From the IMG/VR virus record IMGVR_UViG_3300043418_000072, positions 231,362 through 295,361 of that record: a stretch of 64,000 nucleotides of DNA. One strand, 5' to 3'. Position 1 is the stretch's first letter. The number at the start of each line of letters is the position of its first letter. This DNA comes from a virus. A program made the position numbers and the translations under genes. Shown piece by piece: positions 18,275 to 28,566 of this stretch. The notes beneath the pieces are model-generated. The model saw only the letters and a program-made list of their open reading frames with translations. It was not told the origin of the DNA and ran no database searches.

Positions 18275-21200
18275 TTATCCAACTGTCCAAGTTCCAATTG
18301 CTGTGTTACCACCAGTTGCACTGATTGGGTTGATACGCATTAGTGAACCTGCTGGTACTGTTACAGTTCCCGGAGTCACGCCCCAGCCAATTTGTGGAAT
18401 TAATGTGCCGCCTGTGGTTACATCAATTGTACCAAACACTTCGATAATGTTCGGTGTTCCATTTGCACCACTTGCCGTAACGGCCGATCCTGTTGCAAAA
18501 CCACTGGTGATGTTGGTATTATTCATTACCGGAGTTGTTACTGAGTTAACGCTCACTGCAAAAAAGTTAACACGAGCCAAAGCTGCTGTTCCGGCAAAAC
18601 CTAAACGCATAGTGCTTGACCCACCTGCACTGCGGCTTACGGCTGTTTTAATAGCAAAGTGATAACGTGTTGCAGTGGTTACCCCAACACTTTGCCCGAA
18701 CAAACTGGTTTGATTACCATTGCCTGGCACGTATGTTCTATCTGCGTTAAGAACAAACAACTGTTCGGATATCACTAAACTGCGTTGGGCATCGCTTGGA
18801 GTAAAATACAATGCGTTGCCATCGTAGTTCATTGCACCCGGTACTGTTGTAGTCAACAAAGAACCAGCGGTAAACTTCAACGGACTAGTAGTGGCTGTGC
18901 CTGCTGCCAATGTCATTGTGCCAGCAGCGGCTAAACTGATGTTGCCTGCACTCACGTTGCCTGCAACTGTTAACCCAGTTAACGTGCCAACCGAGGTTAC
19001 GTTTGTCTGTGCTGGGGTCAATAATGTACCAGCTACGTTTGTAAATGTTCCATTAGTGCCGCTTACATTGCCTGTTAAGACGTTACCGGTTACAGCCAAT
19101 GCACTCAATGTACCAACACTTGTGATGTTAGTTTGTGCTGCTGTAGTTAGCGTTCCGCCCAAGTTGCCAGCATAGGTTGGCAAATACGCAGATACGTTTG
19201 AGTTGGTGTAAACTTGCGATTGCAATGTTGTAATGTTTACGTTAGCTGCTGTGATGTTGGCACGTAGTCCACTGATTGCTGTGTCTTGTGCTGCTGCGTT
19301 GGCCGTCCATGCACTAGTCATTGCAGAGTCTAACGAATTAACATAGCTGACCACTGCACTGTTTGCGGTTACAATAGCTGCATTGGCTGCTGTGATGTTG
19401 GCACGTAGTCCGGTGATTTCACTTTCTTGAGATGCGGCATTGGCTGTCCACGCACCGTTTACTGATGTGATTTGATCATTGACATAGCCAACAACTGCAC
19501 TGTTTGCTGTTACAATAGCTGCATTAGCTGCTGTTAGGCCAGACTGTATAGCGGTTATGTTTGTTGCGTTAACGTTGCCTGCTGTAACGTTGCCTGCTAC
19601 TGCCAAACTAGTCAGTGTACCAAGACTTGTTACATTTGGTTGTGCTGCGGTCAACAACACTGCTGTGGTGTTTGGAGTAACCAAGTTGCCCATGATAGTG
19701 ATGTTGCCTGCTGTAATGGTACCAGCAACCTTCATGTTGTCACCAACCTGTAGTCGAGTTACTCCGTCGTCTGCAGGCGTGCCAATCAACCAACGCTTCT
19801 GGTGAATACGACCAGCTTCGCGATCTGCTGTAGTGCCATCAGTGAAGAATACCACATCAGTTTGAGTTGATTGTGTACCGATGGTCAAGTTACCGCCGTT
19901 GACATACATATAGCCATCGTTGGCTTTCTGGATGCTGTACAATGGATCAGTGTTTTGACTTGAGTTAATGCCCACGTCAATGTAGTTGTTGGTGTCACTG
20001 CCAATGTCGTTTGCTGCGACCCAATCAGTACTTGCAGTTGTTCCGGCGTGCAAATTTTGATTAACAAGTTGGCTCCAACTGTTAAGGTTAGCAGTAAACT
20101 GGGCCACGGTATTGTAGTTTGTTAGTGCACCAGATCCAACATTCAGTTTATGATATGCGTTAATATTTCCCGTAAACACATTCATCCAATTACGAGATTC
20201 GCTTCCAAGATTGGTCGTATCATCTTCTGATGGGACTACGCTAATATTACTACGCCATGCGTGTTGGCCGTCATCGTACGTCCAATCTGCTGTAGCTTGC
20301 CCGCCAATGTTTCCAATCAAGAAGGCTGCACCATCCATTGCGACGGTGCTGACTGCATTGGCCGCAATAGTAAAAGTCTTGGTATCAACTGTGGTCACTA
20401 CTGCTTGAGTTGTTACTGTTGTACCGACTACGTTTAAATTGCCATACACAGTTAAACTGCCAGCAATACTACTATTGGCGCCAATGCTAGTTGTATTAAG
20501 AGTTGTAGCTGTTACATTGCCGACGGCAATATTACCTGATGCACCACGACTTACAATAGTACCAGGAGTGTTAGTTGGAGTTGCATCACTAGACAAGTTA
20601 AGGATTTTTGAAGTCCCAACTACACTAAATGCACCAGTAATGTGATCAAGGTTATTAGTGGTGCTTGCTGCGGCGCTTGATTGAACGGTACTATCGTTAA
20701 ATGCAATAGTACCAGTTCCAGTAACATTAATTTGATTATTAATAATCATAGCGCCATCAACGTTAATGTTACCAGTAAAGGTAGATAATCCAAAATTTGA
20801 AACCGCCCCTGTAGTATCAACATTGCCAGTGATATGTACATCCCCGGTTAATGTTGTGTTCCCTACAGTTGTTGTGTCGCCGATCATCTGAGTAGTACCA
20901 CTAACAATTAAATTGCCCTGAACCGTAGCTCCTTCGGTTATGTCTAATCCACCGTTAAATTGGGTAAACCCACTGTGAGTCACATTACCAATAAAGACAC
21001 TGTTGCCAGTAATCAGCTGTGACCCAGTACTGATTTTTGTACCGTTGAAAGTAGTATCACCGTTAAAGATAGTGTCACCATCAATAGTTCTTGTGCCAAG
21101 AATAATACTGTTACCGGTTTGAGTAAAGTTGTGTACCGTTAGATTAGCTGTAGTTAGTTCACCAACTCCGCTAATAATTGCAGGGCTTGCTGTGAAGTTA

Positions 21201-21853
21201 ATCGAACCATCGTAGTTAGCAAGATATTCTGCCACATTGGAATCAGTGTAGTTAGTTGCGTTTGGCACAACCGCTTGCCCGTCAACGTACAATGTGCCGC
21301 CGGTCGTGCTTAATGCCACTCCACCGATATTAACGGTATTTCCACTAACATACAGTGAACGCCACTGGTTTGACGGGCTACCCAAATCATAAGTTGCATC
21401 AGTTGACGGAATTAGATTTCCGTCAACTGATCCCAGTACATCAAGTAAATCTCCAACAGTGATGTACCCGGCTTCTTGTAATACTGCAATAGAATTGCTT
21501 TGTGTAGCTGCATTAGAGGTTAGATAAGTAATAGCCGTTGCCTGGGATGATGCGTTTGCATATAGGGCATTTATGTTGGAGATGAATCCTGCATCCAATC
21601 CAGTAATAGTTGATACTACATTGGACAATGTTGATACGTTTGCTGCTAAATTAATCAATGATGTGGAGCTAGGCATTACCCAGCCACCTGCGGTTACCCC
21701 GTCATGAACGCGAATTGCGCGAAGGGTAGTGTCTACAGTAACTTCCCCTACTGGCCCAGTATATGTGGAACTGGCTGCGGTGTTGCCACGCTTTAATAAT
21801 ACTTGTCTAATGTTTACGTTTGCTACTGTCATTTTAAATTTCTCCGCCGTCAA
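18275..21853 (-). CDS. Tail fibre protein with internal sequence repeats
   Basis: 1192 aa, Thr/Asn/Gly/Val-rich beta-rich composition; the repeated blocks ANAAIVTANSAVVGYVN... and GLRANITAANA are typical of long tail fibres. Confidence 0.7.
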   Translation of the reverse strand: MTAEKFKMTVANVNIRQVLLKRGNTAASSTYTGPVGEVTVDTTLRAIRVHDGVTAGGWVMPSSTSLINLAANVSTLSNVVSTITGLDAGFISNINALYANASSQATAITYLTSNAATQSNSIAVLQEAGYITVGDLLDVLGSVDGNLIPSTDATYDLGSPSNQWRSLYVSGNTVNIGGVALSTTGGTLYVDGQAVVPNATNYTDSNVAEYLANYDGSINFTASPAIISGVGELTTANLTVHNFTQTGNSIILGTRTIDGDTIFNGDTTFNGTKISTGSQLITGNSVFIGNVTHSGFTQFNGGLDITEGATVQGNLIVSGTTQMIGDTTTVGNTTLTGDVHITGNVDTTGAVSNFGLSTFTGNINVDGAMIINNQINVTGTGTIAFNDSTVQSSAAASTTNNLDHITGAFSVVGTSKILNLSSDATPTNTPGTIVSRGASGNIAVGNVTATTLNTTSIGANSSIAGSLTVYGNLNVVGTTVTTQAVVTTVDTKTFTIAANAVSTVAMDGAAFLIGNIGGQATADWTYDDGQHAWRSNISVVPSEDDTTNLGSESRNWMNVFTGNINAYHKLNVGSGALTNYNTVAQFTANLNSWSQLVNQNLHAGTTASTDWVAANDIGSDTNNYIDVGINSSQNTDPLYSIQKANDGYMYVNGGNLTIGTQSTQTDVVFFTDGTTADREAGRIHQKRWLIGTPADDGVTRLQVGDNMKVAGTITAGNITIMGNLVTPNTTAVLLTAAQPNVTSLGTLTSLAVAGNVTAGNVNATNITAIQSGLTAANAAIVTANSAVVGYVNDQITSVNGAWTANAASQESEITGLRANITAANAAIVTANSAVVSYVNSLDSAMTSAWTANAAAQDTAISGLRANITAANVNITTLQSQVYTNSNVSAYLPTYAGNLGGTLTTAAQTNITSVGTLSALAVTGNVLTGNVSGTNGTFTNVAGTLLTPAQTNVTSVGTLTGLTVAGNVSAGNISLAAAGTMTLAAGTATTSPLKFTAGSLLTTTVPGAMNYDGNALYFTPSDAQRSLVISEQLFVLNADRTYVPGNGNQTSLFGQSVGVTTATRYHFAIKTAVSRSAGGSSTMRLGFAGTAALARVNFFAVSVNSVTTPVMNNTNITSGFATGSAVTASGANGTPNIIEVFGTIDVTTGGTLIPQIGWGVTPGTVTVPAGSLMRINPISATGGNTAIGTWTVG

Positions 21854-22328
21854 TTACGCTGTTGTCTACATCCGGGCTTGGCTCTGTGATAGAATAGTAT
21901 GCTGGCAATACATGTAGATCCAATGGGGCGCCATAGTTGTCATCTACATACGCAGGTTTTTCTGCATTGGTGTTTAAGTTTATTGTTTTGAATGTTAGCT
22001 TGTAAAAACGTTGTTCTAAGCTGCTAACAGTATTCTTGTCTATTGTAAAGGTACCTTGTCCCAGCGACACATTAGAGAATGTAACCGCATAACTGTTGAC
22101 TGTTACTTGATTTGTTGGGTCCTGTATATCAGCCTGGACTGCATAGCCTGCAATGTTCGCAGCTTTCTGGTCCTGGTTCTTTACTAAAACTTGGATTGGG
22201 TTGTCTATACCCTGATAGACTTTAATAGGGCGACTGTACACAGGTCTGTTCCTTGTTGTGAAGATGGCTGGGTCCATTATTTGAACCGTCACCGTGTTAT
22301 CATATAAATATATTTTGGTAGTCTGCAT
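21834..22328 (-). CDS. hypothetical protein upstream of tail fibre (possible fibre-associated)
   Basis: 164-aa ORF that overlaps the tail-fibre start. Confidence 0.4.
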   Translation of the reverse strand: MQTTKIYLYDNTVTVQIMDPAIFTTRNRPVYSRPIKVYQGIDNPIQVLVKNQDQKAANIAGYAVQADIQDPTNQVTVNSYAVTFSNVSLGQGTFTIDKNTVSSLEQRFYKLTFKTINLNTNAEKPAYVDDNYGAPLDLHVLPAYYSITEPSPDVDNSVIDGGEI

Positions 22329-22362
22329 TTCAGATTATCTTTAACATATTTAGCGAAACACG

Positions 22363-22734
22363 GTGGAACAAATACAACAGCTATTAGAACAATATCCCTT
22401 TATAACGTATCTAGTATACGGTGGGAACGATTATATCGGGATCGTGCAGAACGCAGATGAGCAAATCACTACGATCTACGACTTCGGTAGCTTAAAAACG
22501 CCAGAACAAAAGGCCAAGTTCCTGGAACTAGGTGAGCAATGGTGGTGGGAGAGTAATAGATTAATCCCAATCAACGTGTTTCTTAAAGCCGACTGGGTGG
22601 TATTCAAGCCTTGCGTTAAGACTATGAATAGCAAAGATGTGGAAATCAAAGTAGGTCCACAGACTAGCCTTAAAGAGATGGCTAGCAAGCGCTCAAAGCG
22701 CCGTAGTATTACATTAGTTAGACGCTTGAGCTAA
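22363..22734 (+). CDS. hypothetical protein
   Basis: 123-aa plus-strand ORF with a basic C-terminus. Confidence 0.35.
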   Translation: MEQIQQLLEQYPFITYLVYGGNDYIGIVQNADEQITTIYDFGSLKTPEQKAKFLELGEQWWWESNRLIPINVFLKADWVVFKPCVKTMNSKDVEIKVGPQTSLKEMASKRSKRRSITLVRRLS

Positions 22735-22991
22735 TAACAATAACTCATCAACAGTAAGGGTACTATTAGCTCCTTTACTGCAATTCTTCTTAGCCTCAAT
22801 GATTTGTAAATTAGCAGGATGGTTTACAATCTCTTCCGACAATCCTGCCTTCCATGCATCAAGTATGCTTAATTTATGATCCACATGATAGGTCTGCTGG
22901 CCTAATACATATCCTTGATCCTTGGCCCATCGTTGAGCTCGCTGTCTAATAAAACGAGCATAACGTCGGAACTCGGCTGCCTTATCTGGAT

Positions 22992-23375
22992 CTAAGGTAC
23001 CAAATTTTTTCGCTTGGTGTTGGACATCTTTTGTAAAACTTCAGGCACACCGCAACAATGTTCTAAGAATCGTAGCTTGGTTTCTTGTTTCCGTTGGTCT
23101 GCTCCGACCCATTGCTCGGCTATACGGGCTGAATGTTGTTTAATATATTCCGGACAGTGCTGTGTTTTTGTTAAGCAAGTATATTTTCCGCGAGTATTTA
23201 ATACCGTAGCTGGTTGTCCGCACCCTTGCCAACACAGAGTTCCGTCTGGGATAGAATTGTGGGTCTTTTTGTGATAGTGATACATTGACGGATTGTTTGA
23301 CGTATAATCGCAATGCTCACATTTTCGGGGATAGTTTTGTTTGCCTTTAAGATTAGGCTTACCTTTACGGGACAT
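22992..23375 (-). CDS. zinc-finger protein
   Basis: 127 aa; CEHCDYTSNNPSMYHYHKKTH is a C2H2-like arrangement, with additional Cys pairs. Confidence 0.4.
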   Translation of the reverse strand: MSRKGKPNLKGKQNYPRKCEHCDYTSNNPSMYHYHKKTHNSIPDGTLCWQGCGQPATVLNTRGKYTCLTKTQHCPEYIKQHSARIAEQWVGADQRKQETKLRFLEHCCGVPEVLQKMSNTKRKNLVP

Positions 23376-23411
23376 ATAATTCCTTTAAAGTATTTATACT
23401 TTATTAAAAAA

Positions 23412-23990
23412 TCACACTCTGTTCACCAAAAGGTTCATATGCACAACTACAAGATGACTATAAGCAATCGAATGACTTTTTTTAAATGCGTATGCCCCAT
23501 TGGCGTCAGGTTCCCATACTGTTTCAGCAACTTCCTTCCAAGTTTTTCCGATCAAATGCCGTTTAGCAGGGCGAATCAATGCTAGAAACATGGCCATACG
23601 CGGAATAGTATTCACTGCTTCTGGCATCTTAATTAGCGTATCGTAATGTGCGCCAATATGTATTAGCTTTGCACAAAACTCCGGATCATATAACGCTGCC
23701 CAGTCTGGCTCAATTGCTAATAGTTCTTGCAAATGTTGTTCACTCTTTATCTGCGTATATAAAGACACATTCAAAAAGTCTAGCTTGGCATAGCCGCGAT
23801 CTTCTGCTGCTTTGTGATCAATGCCTGCAACGCACATAAATGGATCCTCGGGTACGTCGGTTACGTAGATACCTGTATTATGCTTGATTAACTTGCCGTC
23901 ACGGATAATGGCTGCTGGTGTGTGCTTTAGCAATGCCAACGCTCTGTTGCGATCGCCAAAGTCGATGTCTACGTCACTTTTGAAAATCAT
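23412..23990 (-). CDS. hypothetical protein
   Basis: 192-aa ORF coupled to the upstream gene by an ATGA overlap. Confidence 0.4.
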   Translation of the reverse strand: MIFKSDVDIDFGDRNRALALLKHTPAAIIRDGKLIKHNTGIYVTDVPEDPFMCVAGIDHKAAEDRGYAKLDFLNVSLYTQIKSEQHLQELLAIEPDWAALYDPEFCAKLIHIGAHYDTLIKMPEAVNTIPRMAMFLALIRPAKRHLIGKTWKEVAETVWEPDANGAYAFKKSHSIAYSHLVVVHMNLLVNRV

Positions 23991-24760
23991 AGTCCCGCTG
24001 CTTCCATAATCGATTTAACCCACGTTACGTCTTCTGGGTAATCTCTAAACTTCTTCTGCCAGTAATCGGGGTCAATGGCAGGCAAAATTATTTCCACTTG
24101 TTCATTAGATAACGTATCAAGAAAGGCAACCCCGCTCTCACAATTAAAGACAACCCAAGGACTAATACGACCGGTGCTAATATGATGACAGATCCTATTA
24201 CCATTAGCGTATCTGAAATAGTCTCTATAGCCGTTTTTAAGTTCTGGATGATCCTCTGCATAACTTGTTATTTCCTTTAATGCCCGCTCTAGTGCGTCTT
24301 GCGGGTTCTCTTTTTTCATGTACTCTGCCAACCACTCTGCATAAAACGCATCCTTGGTCCAGTAGTCTAACTTCTTATTGTTTTTAAGCAACCAGTCAAT
24401 GAATACCAGTGGGTTAACTGCACGTATACCCACTAGGTGTCTACCAAACTTAACAAATGCTGTGTAGTATGGGCTACCAGCAAAGTCTTCGTATGTTTTG
24501 ATCTTGCCTGCACCTTGTGTTGTTTGATAAAATCGCAGGTATGCTTTAAAGCCTAACTGTACGCCAGTTTCGTTTTGTTGCTGTGCTCTGCGCTTTTGTT
24601 CGCAGGCGTGACTTGCTAGAGTAGATTCCTTAGCAAATGATTTGCCACAATACTGACATTTATAGGTCTGCTTTGATTCGCTTGTCATCCCATCCGTGCT
24701 CTTTAGCCAGTCGTTTAAGATCGTCTTTACTGTTAAGTCGTCCGAGTAGCTCAATTTCAT
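23987..24760 (-). CDS. hypothetical protein with C2H2 zinc finger
   Basis: 257 aa; contains YKCQYCGKSFAKESTLASHACE. Confidence 0.4.
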   Translation of the reverse strand: MKLSYSDDLTVKTILNDWLKSTDGMTSESKQTYKCQYCGKSFAKESTLASHACEQKRRAQQQNETGVQLGFKAYLRFYQTTQGAGKIKTYEDFAGSPYYTAFVKFGRHLVGIRAVNPLVFIDWLLKNNKKLDYWTKDAFYAEWLAEYMKKENPQDALERALKEITSYAEDHPELKNGYRDYFRYANGNRICHHISTGRISPWVVFNCESGVAFLDTLSNEQVEIILPAIDPDYWQKKFRDYPEDVTWVKSIMEAAGL

Positions 24761-25127
24761 CTTCTTTCAAGTGCGGGTAAATTCCTCTAAGAAATTTAAC
24801 TGCTTTGTTGTTGCTTTCTTTCTTCTTGCCTGCTAGCCACTTGTGATACTGCTTGCCCAATCCCGGACTAACTGTAGTGGCCAGTAGCCACTGTAGCTTT
24901 TTGTGCTCACTTGTGCTTACATCGAAGAACTGTTTATTTAACTTCTCATTCAAGCTCATCAAGTAATAGGCCTGCATGTCTGCACTGCCTTCTACTGTGG
25001 CGCCCCAGCGAATCATTAGGAATGGGCTAAACTTTTTCTTTTCATCTTCGCTTAGGCTATCATAGAAGTCACGGTTCTTGTTATCAAACTGTGCCATCTC
25101 ATTTGAAATGTTTAGTTTATCACTCAT
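24660..25127 (-). CDS. hypothetical protein
   Basis: 155-aa ORF; its true start is probably internal because it overlaps the previous gene. Confidence 0.35.
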   Translation of the reverse strand: MSDKLNISNEMAQFDNKNRDFYDSLSEDEKKKFSPFLMIRWGATVEGSADMQAYYLMSLNEKLNKQFFDVSTSEHKKLQWLLATTVSPGLGKQYHKWLAGKKKESNNKAVKFLRGIYPHLKEDEIELLGRLNSKDDLKRLAKEHGWDDKRIKADL

Positions 25128-25313
25128 CTATATAGGGTCTCCGGAGTACTATGTTTAAAAACGATCCAACCACATTAGAGGAATCCGGTGTTATAGTAAC
25201 CACGTCCCATCCCTCTGCGCCAAGCTCGTTTAACTCAGCAGTGGTGTTTACCCACGACCCAATGGAATCAGTTTCTCTAATAAGGCTGGATACATAATGG
25301 TATTGATATTTTA

Positions 25314-25601
25314 TCATACTGGATGCCACATAACTTCGTTGCTGTCTTCAAGTAGTCGATAGAACATTATAACACGATCTAGCTCTTCTTGCAAACCGGG
25401 ATGGGTCTTTGCCTTGCGGCGAATGTTGCCCCACAGTTTATCCTCTTGGATTTCGTCCCATTTGCTCCTGGCTGTGTAACTTTGCCCAATCATCACACGC
25501 TCGTTAGTGCCTACTTCTCTAGCATAGGTTGTTTGACCACCATCGGGGCTTTCGTAAACGTAAGTGGCTCCAGGTTTAAGCTGTCCCATACTTGTATCCA
25601 T
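25314..25601 (-). CDS. hypothetical protein
   Basis: 95-aa ORF. Confidence 0.3.
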   Translation of the reverse strand: MDTSMGQLKPGATYVYESPDGGQTTYAREVGTNERVMIGQSYTARSKWDEIQEDKLWGNIRRKAKTHPGLQEELDRVIMFYRLLEDSNEVMWHPV

Positions 25602-25724
25602 ATTGTAAGTGTGCCCAGCGCAAGAAACGTTCCAGTCCTTCCTTGTCGTCTGGGTAGCTTTCCAAATAGATTCTCGCGAGTCTATTCATTGTTTCAAAAA
25701 TTTGTGGTTCTGTGTAATTTCCCA

Positions 25725-26228
25725 TCACCAGGCCTTACTGTAATCAACTACCTCACTTTGGCGACTGATGTCTTTTACAAAGTAAGCGCATAAGGGTTTC
25801 TCTGTTCCCGAGTCTAGAGGTACTGCTAGCATCTGCCCGGGTTTAAGTTTAGGAAAGTACCATTTAACATCTTGATAGATATCCACAATCTCAACAGACT
25901 TAAATTCAGGCTTAAAGCTGCTTAGTGGATTAAAGCAAAATACCTTAAATCCCCTATCGTTAATGCTAGTAAGTGGCACAACCTCTAGGTCGCCTAGGTC
26001 TGGTTCGCCAATCAGCAGTTGCCAATCTACCGGCATCTTAATAACGCTGTCTCCAATTTTTAGTACAAGGGCGGGACTATTAAATGATTCCAAAAAGATT
26101 AAGGGAATGTAGAAGTAATCTGGGTTCTTGTTATCGCTGTTGTCAAGTACTGCGAATCGCAAGTCCTCAACTTCATCGGGGATTTCGTTAAGGTCGTATG
26201 CTGTATTATCCAGCGTTAATATTCTCAT
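25725..26228 (-). CDS. hypothetical protein
   Basis: 167 aa; start overlaps the upstream stop. Confidence 0.4.
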   Translation of the reverse strand: MRILTLDNTAYDLNEIPDEVEDLRFAVLDNSDNKNPDYFYIPLIFLESFNSPALVLKIGDSVIKMPVDWQLLIGEPDLGDLEVVPLTSINDRGFKVFCFNPLSSFKPEFKSVEIVDIYQDVKWYFPKLKPGQMLAVPLDSGTEKPLCAYFVKDISRQSEVVDYSKAW

Positions 26229-27001
26229 GTGGTAAGCTCTCTGTTAAAATAATTATAGTACACTTCTTTAGTACTTTGCAACCATATCGAGTGCAAAGTC
26301 TTAATCTGGTGCAGCGTGACTTCTAAATGTAAATTTGTCACTATGTCATTGATAGTATTGTATCCGTTTGCAGCGTATAGCGTGTCTGCTGTGTAAATGT
26401 TTACATTACTGCCATTGGTGATTAGCGGGTCTACTAGACTACTAAGACGATTAGACATGGCAGTTATGGCACCTAAGGCTGCTATTTGTTTCTCCTGCAG
26501 GCCACCGTTCAGTTGGTTTAGTGAGGGATTTTTGCTGTTATATATTTCAGCTATCAGTTTAGTGTTGTTAGGCAAGAGAAACACATGGTTGCAGTCTTGC
26601 AGACACCACGGGCTTAGTTGTTCTGTACGCTCGCCTGTGGCAATGCGATGTCTGTCATAACATCGCAGGTGTTGGTTAGAAAGGATCGTGTCAATTTCAT
26701 GCTCCTGTCCATGACAGTCGTATGCAACTAGTGCGTCAGGATTCCAGAACTCAATTTGATTGTTAGTATAATAGCAGGTGTGCAACTTTTGTCTAATACT
26801 CCACTCTCGCTGTAGCCACAGGCCAGGCGCCATTGGTCGTTGATAATATTCCAATAACCAGTTGTACCTGTCAGCGGATGTGGGGTAAGAATCTCTAAAC
26901 TCCTTGTCGTCAAAGAAGTCAAAGCGCGGGTCAATGGTAATTATGTTACGAACAAGATTACCAGCAGCGCCCCACGGAAAGTAAAGGATCACTCCCTTCA
27001 T
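26225..27001 (-). CDS. hypothetical protein
   Basis: 258 aa; start overlaps the upstream stop. Confidence 0.4.
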   Translation of the reverse strand: MKGVILYFPWGAAGNLVRNIITIDPRFDFFDDKEFRDSYPTSADRYNWLLEYYQRPMAPGLWLQREWSIRQKLHTCYYTNNQIEFWNPDALVAYDCHGQEHEIDTILSNQHLRCYDRHRIATGERTEQLSPWCLQDCNHVFLLPNNTKLIAEIYNSKNPSLNQLNGGLQEKQIAALGAITAMSNRLSSLVDPLITNGSNVNIYTADTLYAANGYNTINDIVTNLHLEVTLHQIKTLHSIWLQSTKEVYYNYFNRELTT

Positions 27002-28566
27002 TGCCAGTCAATCTTCTCTACTGTAAATGGGTAGTTGGCATCTTTATAGAATTTCTTACGTGCTGTTAAGTGACGTTTAGAAAACTTGCAGGTACTAGTC
27101 ACATCCCAAATCTCTACGTGGTCTTTGTCTTCCGCTTTTCTAATGCCTCGCCCAATACTTTGTATAACCCGCACAAAGCTCTTTCCGGGCTCCATAAGAA
27201 CCAGATTAAAAATCCTAGGAATATTAATACCCACTGCGGCCACGCCATAAGTCGCCACAATAATCTTGTTAGTTGCTGTTGCAACATCGTCATATTCATC
27301 TTTCCGATCCTTTGCTTTAGTAGATCCATTGACAAACATCACGTCCGGCTTGTCGCTTAGTAAACTAAACAATCCGCTCAGTTCCGCTTGCAGCATCTTG
27401 CCAGTTTCAATGCGGTCAACTAGAACAAGGGTATTACCGCCCTCTTTAATCTTGTCTACTAGCTTGGCAATATATGCAATACGTGCCGCTGTAGTAGTCA
27501 AGTACTTTAGTTCGCTTTGGTAGTCTGTATATTCTACGTGATCAATTAGCTGCACAACGTTAACGTGACACATAGCCAAATGTCCAGCTTCTTGCAATTC
27601 ACTTGCACTTAGCTTGCCAACTACTGGACCAAGGCTACAGAAGATTGACACTGCTGCATACTCTTCTTTAGGTACTGTGCCAGTTAGGCCCCAACGAATA
27701 GGCACATGGGCAAACACACTTGTCAACAAAGTCTTTAACGCATCTGCTTTAGCCATGTGTACTTCGTCTACCATAACCAATGCCACTCCGTCAACGAGAT
27801 CGTCAATGATATAGTCTGTTGGATCCTTTAGTAAGCGATGGCTAGCCGGTTCATCTTCGCCGCTGCGGCCTTCGCTGTTCTTCATTAGAATGTTTAAGCT
27901 CTGCCATGTGCAGATAGTATGAGTGCGACCAACTTCCTTACGATCACCAAAGTAAACGCCAACGTCTAGGCCCAAGTTAATGTAGTCTAGCTCTGTTTGG
28001 CGCACCAAGTCCTTGTTAGGAACAATAACCACGCTCTTACCATACTTCTCAGCACTCAACGATAACGCCGCGGTCATAATAGTCTTACCTGCGCCTGTGG
28101 CAATCTCTTGCAATGCCTGGGGATTCTGCAAAAAGTTGTTGATAATACCAACTTGATAGTCACGGAACATAACAGGCTGACCAGCTGCTGGGTGCCCAAC
28201 AGGCCATGTCTTGTGTGCAAACGTGTCTTCTTTAAACTCGTCAAAAACAATAGTATTGGAGTATGTGCGACGATCGTCAATTTCAATGTCGTAACCTGCT
28301 GCATCAAGCACAGGCAAGATTTCGGGCAACAGGTTAATGTAGCTGCTGCCACCTAATTGGAAGTAACTGACTTTGCCGTCCCATCTGCCCAAGCGAACGC
28401 TCGGCTGATACCGCGCACCAGGGATTTCGTATTTGAACTTGTCTACAAGTTTCTTCCTAACCCCTACGTCAACGCCTTCAATCTTTACGTTAACTTCGTC
28501 TTTGATAATTAATTTAGCCTGCAATTTTAATAACTTTCTTTCCGGTATTGCCTTTAGTATACACAT
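26998..28566 (-). CDS. Superfamily-2 DEAH/DEAD-box helicase (UvsW-like)
   Basis: 522 aa; motif I ATGAGKT, motif II MVDEVH, motif III GLTGT, motif VI QSIGRGIRK. Confidence 0.8.
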   Translation of the reverse strand: MCILKAIPERKLLKLQAKLIIKDEVNVKIEGVDVGVRKKLVDKFKYEIPGARYQPSVRLGRWDGKVSYFQLGGSSYINLLPEILPVLDAAGYDIEIDDRRTYSNTIVFDEFKEDTFAHKTWPVGHPAAGQPVMFRDYQVGIINNFLQNPQALQEIATGAGKTIMTAALSLSAEKYGKSVVIVPNKDLVRQTELDYINLGLDVGVYFGDRKEVGRTHTICTWQSLNILMKNSEGRSGEDEPASHRLLKDPTDYIIDDLVDGVALVMVDEVHMAKADALKTLLTSVFAHVPIRWGLTGTVPKEEYAAVSIFCSLGPVVGKLSASELQEAGHLAMCHVNVVQLIDHVEYTDYQSELKYLTTTAARIAYIAKLVDKIKEGGNTLVLVDRIETGKMLQAELSGLFSLLSDKPDVMFVNGSTKAKDRKDEYDDVATATNKIIVATYGVAAVGINIPRIFNLVLMEPGKSFVRVIQSIGRGIRKAEDKDHVEIWDVTSTCKFSKRHLTARKKFYKDANYPFTVEKIDWQ

